64,000 bases of DNA from Lytechinus pictus (taxonomy: Eukaryota), in the NCBI RefSeq assembly GCF_037042905.1, contig NC_087256.1, positions 5,022,001 to 5,086,000 on the forward strand. Direction: 5' to 3'. The notes beneath the pieces are model-generated. The model was given only the letters and a program-made list of their open reading frames with translations. It made no database searches and was not told where the DNA came from. This document shows, in pieces, positions 1 to 11,900 of this stretch (position 1 is its first letter; each line of letters opens with the position of its first letter). A program made the position numbers and the translations under genes.

Positions 1-1322
1 AAATGACCCTTTTAGGTGAGGATACATGTATATATTTATAAAATCAGCTCGCGCTTCGCGATCGCATTTCGCCGAGGAGATACGTATCTTTTTCGTGAAT
101 TCTTACAAATAGCCCTTATTTTTCTCCATTTCAGGTAATAACAATTTCAGCCCATCCTTCTTGCTTACATTAATTGCTTGGTTAGATACACATCGTGGGA
201 TTACTTCTCCCTATTATGTCCCGATTTCAGCTCGCGCTTCGCGCTTGCATTAATTGTTTTGACATGAATCATTACAAAAAGTGCTTAGAATATTCAGTCA
301 TAGAATCCTAATGTTAAAAAAGAATAGGCTCGCGCTTCGCCCTCGTATTAGGGCGATTTATTCAATGATATACCTATCATGTCTATAAATTCAGGTCTGA
401 ATATCAATAATTTTCAGCTCGAATCATGTTTATGATGATACGTATCTTTTTAAGTGTTAATATATTTATTTTTAATCTTATATCTTGTGCAGCGTATTTT
501 GTTGTGATTTTTATACGGTAAATAAAACCAAACCAAACCAAACCAAACCGAAACAATGAAGACGGATATGATGACGATGATAATAAAAAATGATAATAAT
601 GATAATAATAATAATCATCACCATCATCATGTTTACAATAACACTATTAAGGTTTCATTGGGGTCTACGAAATGTTTCAATTGACACTCGTCCGATGAAC
701 TTTTAATGTTTATTGGTTTGCTTATCTGGACGGTTAATCCATTGGTTAAACAGTTTAACACTAATCAGTACAATCCATCAGTTGGTTAAACCTTAGATCA
801 ACATCTCCCACGAATCACTGTCAACTATCATATCTCTTCCAGGGGTGATGACCTAATTAACTATTGAATAGATGTCAGAAGAAATGTTTCCAATACTGTG
901 TTGGTCGCAAAGGCCACAATTTGTTTTATCTATTAATATAATACTATAAAAACTAAAGTACAAAGCGTTTTACAATGCACTTAGTTTCAGTATTTATTGA
1001 CATTTTTGGTCTATATAGTATTGCAATGTTTAGTGAGTGATGGGAATTATAATTATTATCATTATTGTTGTATTTATTTTGATTGTGATCATTGTTAATA
1101 TCATTATCTTTAAAGTGTTGTTTGTATTAAAATCATCATGGAATGGAATTGAATTAAAGACTTGATACGTACGTATTCATGCACAATTCAAATCAAAATC
1201 AGAATAAAATAAAGCAAACAAAAACAGTAAAACAGCACTACCGTCTTAAAAGAGATTTTTAATACGATACCCCTTTGACAATTAGCAATGCACTCCCCTG
1301 AAAATTACACATTGACAATTAA

Positions 1323-1801
1323 AGGGGTGGTTCGGGCTGAAAGTATTTATCACTTAATAAATAGAGTAGAATTCACTGAGCAAAATGCCGAAAATTTCAT
1401 CAAAATCGGATAACAAATAACAAAGTTATTGAATTTTAAAGTTTAGCAATATTTTGTGAAAACAGTCGTCATGAATATTCATTAGGTGGGCTGATGATGT
1501 CACATCCCCACTTGTTCTTTTGTATTTTATTATATGAAATTAGATTTATTCAATGTTTGTCCTCCAACTAGAAAAATTGGATTGACAACTGGTTAAGTGA
1601 ATTAGATATTTATTGCTGCAACTTATTTCATTATAAGGAGACATATTATTCACACAAGTATGAAATAATGAAAAAAATATGATTTTATGTAATAACATAA
1701 GAAAACTGTAAGTGGAATTGTGACATCATCAGCCCAACTAATGAATATTCATGACGACTGTTTTCACAAAATATTGCTAAACTTTAAACTTCAATGACTT
1801 T
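1323..1801 (+). mobile_element. Kolobok-like non-autonomous element, right end truncated
   Basis: TTAA|AGGGGTGG terminus, internal palindromic arms; reverse-complement copy at 6828-7293. Confidence 0.7.
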
Positions 1802-3624
1802 AAACACCATGATCATCACTTTCCCCAAATCATAATAATACTGAATAGAGCAATTGCCTTTTTTTTTTTTTGGGGGGGGGACGGTAAAATTTGACAAAAA
1901 ATAACCAAAGTGGTTTACAGTTAATATTTACCACATCAACCAGGGAAAAAATAACATAATGAACGATCACAGAAACAGAATGAAATTCATTTTCTTAAAG
2001 TTCAGAGTGAGACTTTGGCACATGTATTCTCCGAATTTCCGAGTAAGTCAGTTTATATAATGATTGTAAAATAAGGGTAATATTTAATTAAATCCACATT
2101 CTTTTTACAGGATATAAATTACATAAAGATAAATTGAGGAAGAGGAGTTTTAACATATACCCGGCGGCACCAAGCAGGATCGTTGCCCCCCCCCCCAGAA
2201 AATTTGAAAACTGAAAAAAAATGTATATTAAATGCTTCCAGCATAAGAGCACCTAATCAAGCTGTAAAGTGCTTTAAAAAACGACATTTTCACGCTTAAA
2301 ATTTTTAAGAAAAATAATCTCACTTAGTCAGTGTTAGCTCCAAACAATATTAGTTGCTTACACAAAAGCCTGTCAGGTCATTATATAAATTCAAATTTTC
2401 GCGCTCGTAGAAGCTGATTGTAGAGATGAATAAGTAATATGTTCATAATGATGACAAAGGATGTAAAACACATTGTTCAAGTCAATAATAAATATGCACT
2501 AATTATTTCTCCCGTGATTCCAGTTTCCATTATTTGTTTTAGCGAGATACACATCATGCAGTTTGATAATTACAAAATAGTGATGAAAATTAAAAATTTC
2601 CATCGCATCAAATGTTCAGTTAGATATCCATCCTGTTGAAGGTTTAAAAAAGGGTTATAACGCCGAGATATCATCTCAGGGTATTGAAAATTTTCAGCTC
2701 GCGCTTCGCGCTCGCATCTTATTTGGTGAGATATCATCTTCAAGAGTCACTACAAACAGTCCTTAACAGGTCCCCTTTCAAGTCAAGAGGGCCTATGATA
2801 AAAAATAATAACTTGCGCTTCGCGCTCGAATTAGTGAAACAAGAAAAAATCATGCCCGCTTTTGCCCCTAGTAAACGAACGATCCAATGAGATCATGATA
2901 CATGCACACCCGAGATATAGAGATAATCTACCTATTTGTAGATGTAAGTCATCATATGGACTTACAAGAAACCAACAAATGCTTTGAAATCTTGACTGAA
3001 AATACATCAACTGAGCTAATGTTTCTATTCTTAACCAAAAAACTTAATAATGCATATAGAGTATAAGCATGACATTTCATTTCTTGCAACGGACTTTTAA
3101 TTAGGAGAGGGAGGTCTCAATGGACCATGGAAGAAATGAAATCTAAATCATACAAGCCAGGTATACACTGATTCTATAGGTGTAGCTAGAGAAGCCACAA
3201 ATTTGATAGGAAATAGACCTATAACTGCGCTACACTGATTCTATCTGTTTAGTTTATCTATAGAGAAGCCACAAAATTTAATAGGAAATAGACCAATAAC
3301 TGAGCTACATGAAAATATAGATAATTGATTATATTTGTTTAGGCATACGTTTAAGCTTAGACGAGAAATCGATAAGTTATTGGTAAAGCTCTCAATGTGA
3401 TTAAAGTTTGGTTGTTTTAGTATATACTTGAAATATAAGTTGATTCGTGATAATCTTCATTGTGCAAGATTTAGTAAAAATCCAAAGATCCACCGAAACA
3501 AAAACAAAACAAAAAACTATCAAATAAAACCCAGAAATAAAATATGTTAAACACCAGAAAGACAAATGAATATATAGATAAATAAGAACACAATTAAGCT
3601 AGATATAGTTCTAGATCAACTTAC

Positions 3625-3706
3625 TGGTTAATACGAGAAACACAAGAAGCCTTCGAAGTGTTCCTTGACCACTACCGGGACGGCAGCCCGCTGCTAGGGA
3701 CGCCAT
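3625..3706 (-). CDS. Probable first coding exon (signal peptide) of an unidentified gene that runs off the left of the window
   Basis: ATAATGGCG start context; MASLAAGCRPGSGQGTLRRLLVFLVLT; consensus donor GTAAGT in phase 1; locally GC-rich in AT-rich DNA. Confidence 0.6.
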
Positions 3707-5098
3707 TATTGTACTTTCAGAGCAGAAACTTTCCCACTCCTATCTATCCTCAGATAACCATCAACTTCTCGATTGGCTCAAAGTCTATTCTCAACGCAGC
3801 AAGTCAAACGAAATATCAGGAAAATCAAAGAAAAAAAAGAGGCATCACAGATTGATGTAAAAAGTAGTAACGATCAACGTCAAACTTCTTCCTCGGCAAG
3901 TCCAGCTCGCTTAGAAGAGGTGTAGATTTAAGAGATTCTCTTAATCACGCCAACATGTTAGCTTTAGGTTTTGTTAAGTGTGTGACCAAGTGCGTGGTAT
4001 TGGGCTTGCATATAGCATGTATAGATTAACCCACAATGCACCACATCCGTGCCTCTTACATAAAGCGTGATATTAAGGATCAATCTTGAGCCAATCGCTA
4101 TGAGGATCTCAACAAAAGCTGGTCTCTGAAAGTAAAGTATTGAATAGGCGATTAAATTACGGTCTGCTTACGCTGGCCACCTTTTTATTTGCGAGGAGGC
4201 TTTGTTCAGCTTTTTTGTTCATCTTCTTGATATTATCGATCGGCCAAATAGTAGACCTGCATTAACAGTGGGAGAGAGAGATAGAGAGAGAGAGGGAGAA
4301 AGAGAAAGGAGGCAAGGAAACTGGTAAGCAGGATATAGTTCTTTTAAATTTTTAGAAAAATGTAAAAGTTGACAATGGCAATTGAACTATTATCCCACAT
4401 TGTAAATGTACTTCTTCGAAACAACATGACTACGTCATAGCTTTTATGAAGGTTGTTATTGTACAGTTGCCATGCATGTATTCATTCCGCTGATCAAAGA
4501 TGGGTGCATGATTATTTTTTTCTTGTACGATCTAGCTGCTGAATTATATAGATTTTCAGGGTCAATGGTTTAACAAGCAAGATTTTTTCATATTTAATGC
4601 AATAATTGGCTATAATAACAAGGCTAATAGAATGCATTCCCAACATACTTAATCATGATAATTCCCGTGGCTAAATGACATTGATTAGAATTTAGAAATA
4701 CCTTTATTCATCTCACCTTTTTTATGGTAACTTATAAAAATGTTATGGGGAAAAAATAAGTGGTTTCACCCGCGAGGTTCCCATTTTTTTTAATGCAATG
4801 ACACTATGAAACTATTCTGACGTTTTAAGGAAAAAAAATAATCGAACAATTTCAATCCATTATGTGCGCCAAATTTAATGGATATTGCCTGAAAAATATA
4901 TTTTCATTCATTTATCTATTTATTTATTCATCTATTTATTTCTGATATTTATAAAGGGTAGCACATGTCACCAACTTGGTGATCTTCCATGTTAAAATAC
5001 GACGAAATTTGATTGACTTTTTTACTTAATTGTCATATTATTTGAATAGGAGCGCCTTGGGCATGGACTTGAGAACCCAAACAAGCTGGAAATGTGAG

Positions 5099-5105
<7 letters not shown>

Positions 5106-5178
<73 letters not shown>
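5106..5178. repeat. (TA)n microsatellite
   Basis: ~36 TA units. Confidence 0.98.
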
Positions 5179-5182
<4 letters not shown>

Positions 5183-5587
5183 GCTTAACAATGTCGAACC
5201 ATTCTACCTCACATTTTATGATCGGCAATTTTTGTCTAAAAAAATGCTTGTATCTTGCATCCTGACAATTTATAAAGTGTAGTAAAATTATCATCTAATT
5301 ATCAATTTCATTATAAGCCACATTGTTGAAAATCGTGTTGAAAATAACAATTCAATACTTTATTTGCTTATGATTTTCTGTAATATTTTCAAATGCTTGT
5401 CTCTCCCGTGACTGAAAAGCAACGGTCATTCATGCACTTTAATCTAAAGAATTTATAAAGGATTTAATAGGTCATGTGTGTATTCGGGGGGGGGGCAAAA
5501 AGGGGGCGCCAAAAAGAGGAAGAAAAAAGAGGGAAAGAAAAGGGGGAAGGAGGAAAGAAGAAAAGAAAGAGAGAAGGAAAAAAGGAA

Positions 5588-5930
5588 AGGGGGCGCCGAA
5601 TTAATGTTCGACATCGGGGACGCCGAATTGAGATCCGACATAGGGATGCCGAATTGATGCTCGTCATAGGGGTGCCGAATTGATGTTCGACCTGGGGGTG
5701 TCGAATTTATGTTTTACCAAGGGGTGCCCAATTTATGTTCGACATAGGGGGCGCCGAATAGATGTTTGACCTTGGGCGCCCGATTGATGTTTGTCCTGGG
5801 GCGCCAAAATCATGTTCAACATAGGGAGGGGCGCCAAATTCTTATTCGACCATTGGAGCTCTAATTTGATGTTTGGCCGGCGGTGCCAAATTCATGTTTC
5901 ACATGGGGAGGGGGCGCCAAACTCATGTTT
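5588..5930 (+). repeat. ~29-bp GC-rich minisatellite
   Basis: About 12 units of GGGGCGCCGAATTGATGTTCGACATA. Confidence 0.85.
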
Positions 5931-6750
5931 GCTCGCATCAAACGCTTCGCGCTCGCATGAAATATTTTGTTAGATTCTCATCCCGTTCAGGATTAACAAA
6001 AATGCTTACTCGAAATTCCAAATTTTAAATCAGAATTAAAAAAAATCAGCTTGCATCAATTGTTTAGATAAATACCCATCCTATTCATGGTCACAAAAAA
6101 TGTGCTTATGAGTTTTCTGTTGGACTATTAAAAAAATCAGTTCGCGCTTAATTCGTGCTCGCATCGATTAATGAGATGACCATCCTGTTCATGATTACCA
6201 AAAGTGCTTAGAATGTCAAAATTTTAGGTCAGAATATCAATTTTTTCAGCTCGCGCTATGCGCTCGCAGAATTGTTTATATAGATACCCATCATGTTCAT
6301 GGTTATTTAAAATGTTTAGAATATCGAGTTTTGGGTCGGAAATTCGAAAATTGTCAGCTCGCACTTCGCGCTCGCATAAAATGTTGAGATAGATAAGGTG
6401 ACGATCCTGTTCATGTTTAGATAAAGTGCTTAGAATGTCCATCTTTGGGTCGTAATATAAAAAATTTAAGGATCGCGTTTCGCGCTCGCATAAATCTATT
6501 TGTTAGATACCCATCATGTTCATGATTACCAATAGTGCTTAGAATGTCAAAATTTCAGAACAACATTTTTCTTCAGCTCGCGCTTCGCGCTCGTATAGAG
6601 TATTTAGATAAATACCCATCCTGTTCATAAATACAAAAAGTGTTTAGAATGTCCAGTTTTTGGGTCGGAAATTCAAAATTGTCCAATAAAACTTCCCACT
6701 CGCATAAAATGTCGAAATAGATACCCATCCTATTGTTGATTACCAAAAGT
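5930..6750 (+). repeat. ~110-bp tandem array with CAGCTCGCGCTTCGCGCTCGCA core (also at 40-430, 2390-2830, 41335-41785)
   Basis: Core recurs at ~6248, 6357, 6470, 6576 with GATACCCATC.TGTTCATG...GTGCTTAGAATGTC spacers. Confidence 0.85.
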
Positions 6751-6827
6751 GATTATGAAATAAGATAATTCAACACAAGGGCAGAAATCTCAACCCAAAT
6801 GCAGGGGGAGGGGAACCAATATTTAAA

Positions 6828-7293
6828 ACATTTTGTGAAATCAGTCGTCATGAATATTCATTAGTTGGGCTGATGATGTCACAATTCCACTTACCGTTTT
6901 CTTACTTTATTACATATTAAAATCATATTTTTTTTTCATTATTTCATACTTGTGTGAATAATATGTTTTCCTTATAATGAAATAAGTTGGAGCAATGAAT
7001 ATCTAATGCACTAAATCAGTTCTCAATCCAATTTTTCTAGTTCTTGGAGGAAAAAAATTGAATAAACCTAATTTCATATAATAAAATACAAAAGAACAAG
7101 TGGGGATGTCACATCATCAGCCCACCTAATGAATATTCATGACGAATGTCATCACAAAATATTGCTAAACTTTAAAATTCAATAACTTTGTTATTTGTTA
7201 TCCGATTTTGATGAAATTTTCGGCATGTACGGTTGCTCAGTGAATTCTACTCTATTTATTAAGTTATATATACTTTCAGCCCGGACCATCCCT
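6828..7293 (-). mobile_element. Kolobok-like non-autonomous element, inverted copy of 1323-1801
   Basis: Ends CCATCCCT|TTAA; ~470 bp of reverse-complement similarity to 1323-1801. Confidence 0.7.
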
Positions 7294-8710
7294 TTAACAG
7301 ATCCCTTTTCAAGTCAGTATAGGATCTATATTAAAATTTTTAGCTCGCACTTCGCACTCGATTTTGGAAAACGGTGTAAAACAAATCATGTCCGCCTTTG
7401 CCCCTCTCCCTAAATGTAATCCCCTATTTGCCCCCCTAGTTTTAAAATCCTGGTGCTACCACTACTGACACCCAATACATGCTCTGACTCCCCTCTCTCT
7501 CTTTCTCTTTCTCCCTACCTCCCTCACCCCTTTTTGTCCAAATATATAACAATTACATAAAACATATCACTTATACACGGTTTAAACCATGATCATAATG
7601 ACGGTTTCAGCAAACAATATGAAATCAACGATTTATGTACGAAATATTATCAAAGACAGCACAGCCGTAGATGAACCAATGTTATTTTATTTATCGAATT
7701 TCTCACAAAAATATTTTATACACAGTCAAAACGGCAAAAACATTTCTACCGATAATTACTTTATCATTATCATTAAGACATTAAAAAACAATGAAAGGAT
7801 GGAAAGGGGTAAATTCGTCCTTTAAAAGTGCCGAGAAGTGATGGCATATTTTATTAAAACGGAAATAACTGTCTTTTCTCCGTCCTTTTCTACTCATTTC
7901 ACCTTTTGTTTAGTACAACATCATCATTATCATGATTATCATGATCATCATCCTCACTATTAACATCATTATCACCATTATTGTTGATATCATAACTTCT
8001 GAAATTTTAGTCATCGTAGAACACTCTGCACTTAATTTCAGGTTATCATTGACATTCAACTGTTCAAAACATTTATAAATGTTTTTTGTTTCCTGGACAT
8101 TCATCGTTCTTTCTGCATGGTGCAGTATTTATAAACCACAAACTGCATTTTAAGTATTAAGAGCAGATTTGTTTTTCTGGATTGACCAGCATAGAGCAGG
8201 GGAAAAGGGGGCACTTTTTAAAACAATTTCTGACCAGAAAAAAAAAGGATCATAACTTTTTTTTACCTCTGTGGAGAGAAGGGGGAAATGTCTAATTTGG
8301 ATGATTTCTTAAATACAACCATTTTAGAAATAACATATAAAATAGAGATTGCTTCTGAAAGCTTTTGTTGACCCAGGGGAATCACTTCCTTTTAAAAAAT
8401 GTCTTATAATATTCCCAGTGTTATTTTATTCAATGTAAAAAGATTATATACATCTAGTCATTATGAATAAGATTACCACTGATTTTAAACGCCTGTAAAG
8501 AAATGCATGCTAAGTTTATATCACAATTACTGACACATTTGCCCTTATCCCTTTAAAATACCCCCTTCCCATAATAAATTCTTTAAAAAAATGATGGAAA
8601 AGGGTTTGAACCTTTCCAGATTTTAAGTTTTAACAATCACATGACTTTTCAATAACGTAATCATGGCCACCTAATTTCTAATGCACTTTCAATAATTTCA
8701 CCCCGGCTTA

Positions 8711-8992
8711 TTAATAGCAGAAGGGAGATCTGCTTCTAGTGTCGAGGTCGAATGCCCCTTGTCCCTTACTCTTGGATGCGCCATAGCCCATCACAGGACA
8801 AGTGCCACAGTTGGAGCAACTGGATTGATTCTCCCAGCTTGTGCACTTCTTGCTGCATGAGAAGCAGTTCGATCCGATACTCTCAGTGAAGAGATAGACA
8901 GCCCTCATGTGATCACAAGCCTGGATCACATTGGTTGCCTCGCAGCCCGGTTGGACTTCTCCTCCGTTCGGATAAAAATCCTGGTGACCTAG
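8711..8992 (-). CDS. Lipase A last exon with lid and catalytic His
   Basis: LGHQDFYPNGGEVQPGCEATNVIQACDHMRAV...CPVMGY...SPFCY*. Confidence 0.93.
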   Translation of the reverse strand, partial: LGHQDFYPNGGEVQPGCEATNVIQACDHMRAVYLFTESIGSNCFSCSKKCTSWENQSSCSNCGTCPVMGYGASKSKGQGAFDLDTRSRSPFCY

Positions 8993-11900
8993 CTGTAAAT
9001 AGTTTTTAAAAAAAATATCATATTAAGCGATTTCATTAAGATTTCTCTTTTTTTATTAGACTTTCCTACTGGAAAGATCTCAGTTTCCCACAGTGTGTTC
9101 TCTGTGTGGAACACAATGTGAAACCACCTTCACACTCTGACCCACCTATTCGACCACGTGAACACGCTGCTGTGAACAGTCACACTGTCCACAGTGTGAA
9201 AATACCTGTAAACTGTCGACTTTGAGCCTGTTAATAGTGTGAATAATGTTTTCACATACTGTGTGTACACACTGTGTGATACTGTGTTCCTTCTACTTGT
9301 ATTGACAATATCTTTAAAAATGTTTTGGATAAGCCGATGCTACCTGGTATTTTGTATTCAGATCTATATGACCATTTCCCATCTTTCAATTAACGAACGC
9401 TTTTTCACCAAGTTACCACACCCATGTGAATAACAAAACTCACGTTAAACACCAAATAGACTTTAAGTCATTGTGTGAAGATCTAGCAGTTAACGATTGG
9501 TCCTCTGTGACAAACTTATCCAATGTCAACGTAGCTTACGATACTTTTATTAAGGGTTTAAAAGAGACTATTTCCAAGCATTCAATGATATCATCCGGTA
9601 GAGAAAGAAGTAGAGCACCCCAAAACCCCTGGATTACAAGAGGCATTCTTAAATCCATTAATAGGAAGGAACACTTATATAAGCGATATTTAAAACTGAA
9701 AACCCATAACATGAAGAAAAAATACTCATCCTATAAAAACAAACTTATTCATATTGTACGTGTCTCTAAACAAAACTATTTTGCTGCAAAACTCAAATCG
9801 AATTGTTGTGACTTAAAGAAAACTTGGAATATTCTGAACAGCCTGCTCGGTAAAGAAAGATCGTTAAAATTGCCTTCATTCATTCGTAAAGATGGCGTGA
9901 AACTTACTGAACAGAAATTAATTGCAAGTGCTTTTAACTCTTTTTTTTTGTTAATGCTGGTTGTTTTGATGATCCGAGGCCCATTGGATGTTTTCGTGAT
10001 TATTTAAAAAAAAGTGTAACCCATTCTTTTTTTCTTTCGCCTACAGACAGAAACGAAATTTTGAAGTTATATTGCTCTTAAAGAATAAACATTCATGTGG
10101 GGTTGATGATATGTCACCATATCTTGTAAAGAAAATAATTAATTATATTGTTGAACCTTTAACCCACGTGTTTAATTTATCTTTTCAATCTGGATTATTT
10201 CCGAATTCAATGAGCGTTTCAAAAGTTATACCCCTATTCAAAAAGGGTGACAAAAACGATTTGTCAACTATCGTCCAATTTCATTGCTGTCGACCTTTTC
10301 CAAGATTCTAGAAAAATTAATGTACAATCGATTATTTACTTTCCTCAATAAACATTCAATTATTTTTTCTGAGCAATTTGGATTTCGAAAATGTTATTTT
10401 ACAGAGTCAGCTTTACTTTTTGCTTCTGAACTTCTGTATAGATTTTACGAAAAAAAAAGAGATAGCTTTGGGGGTCTACGTAGACCTTAGCAATGCATTC
10501 GATTGTCTGGATCACCAAATCTTATTACAAAAACTAAATTTTTATGGAATCAGAGGTATTCCCTTGGAATGGTTTAAAAGTTATTTATCAAAAAGAACGC
10601 AATTTGTAAAATATAATGAAACTCATTCTGAACTGCTTTTTATACGACAAGGTGTGCCTCAAGGTAGTATCCTGGGCCCGTTATTAATTTTGTTGTTTAT
10701 AAATGACATTATTGAATCTTCAAAGAAATTACATTATATATTATATGCTGACGACACGAACATATTTTATTCAGGTAAAAATTTGAAAGACTTGATTTCT
10801 AAAGCAAATTTTGCTAATTGGTTTTCTGCAAATAAATTGAAATTAATGAAACAAAAACCAAATATATGATTTTTAATTTTGGCAGAACAAATGATACTGT
10901 TATTGAAAATATAACTTTGAAATTGGACGGTGAATGTATCGACCAAGTTCAATTTGGAAATTTTTTAGGTATAACTATTGACAACAATCTTTCATGGGAA
11001 AAACATATTGAAATAATTTCCAAGAATGTTCGATGTAATGTTGGCGTTATGTGTAAACTAAGACGTTTTTTTACCATCTTCTGCCATGCTTTCTTTATAT
11101 TATACACTTGTATATCCGTACTTAATGTATTGTAATCTTGTATGGGCAAGAACATTTGATAAATTTTTAAAACCCCTTTTCATACTTCAAAAACGGGCTG
11201 TTCGTTTATGCTGCAACGCCACCTTCTGGGCACACACATCTCCATTGTTTAAATCTTTGAAATTACTTAAATTTGCAGATATTCTTTCCTAAGGTACATC
11301 TTTATTTATGTATAAATTGAAATATTTTATGTTACCAGATACTTTTTATGACAGTTTTCATTTGAACTCCGATTTTTACTCAATTAATACAAGAAAAAAG
11401 GGTGACTTTCGTCTTCCAAAATTTACAAACTCTTTTTTACAAAATAGATCAATTAGATTTCAGGGATCAAAAAATGGAATTCTCTAAACAGTGATTTAAA
11501 GGGTACATCGAATTACATTTCATTCAAAAATAAATCAAAGAGCACAATACTTGTCACTTATTGATATATTCAAATTTTGCTGAATGATTCTGATTATTTC
11601 TTTAATGTTAATTAATTTTTAAGTTTTCGTATGACTTTATTGTTATATTTCTATCGTTATTCATTTTATATATATTTTTGTATCTATACTCTCATTGTAT
11701 ATTTCATTATTTTGTATGTCGAGGGTTACTTGTTTACAAGTTTTTAACTTTTTTAGCAATCCTGGTATTTTATGTACTACGTTGTTTATATATTGTTTAT
11801 ATATATACTTTTTATAATACTTTCCTAGAATACTTTGCAGATGTCATGATTGCTTTGTTATTTTATGTCATTCTATATCATCCACCTATAAATTTGTAAG

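Noticed and set aside
5022-5683. ORFs with (YI)n, poly-F or poly-K/E runs (also 15912-16290, 26409-27063, 34038-34923)
   Set aside because: Translations of microsatellites, purine/pyrimidine tracts or N gaps.
5588-5930. CRISPR-like array
   Set aside because: Head-to-tail degenerate units without unique spacers, in a eukaryotic context with no cas genes.
1323-7293. Two inverted Kolobok-like copies with outward-facing intact ends as a 6-kb composite transposon
   Set aside because: TTAA is the fixed target, so it is not a diagnostic TSD. The right copy sits in the TTAA of another repeat (compare 2761-2785), and the interval holds only the first exon of a gene that continues outside. Independent insertions are simpler.
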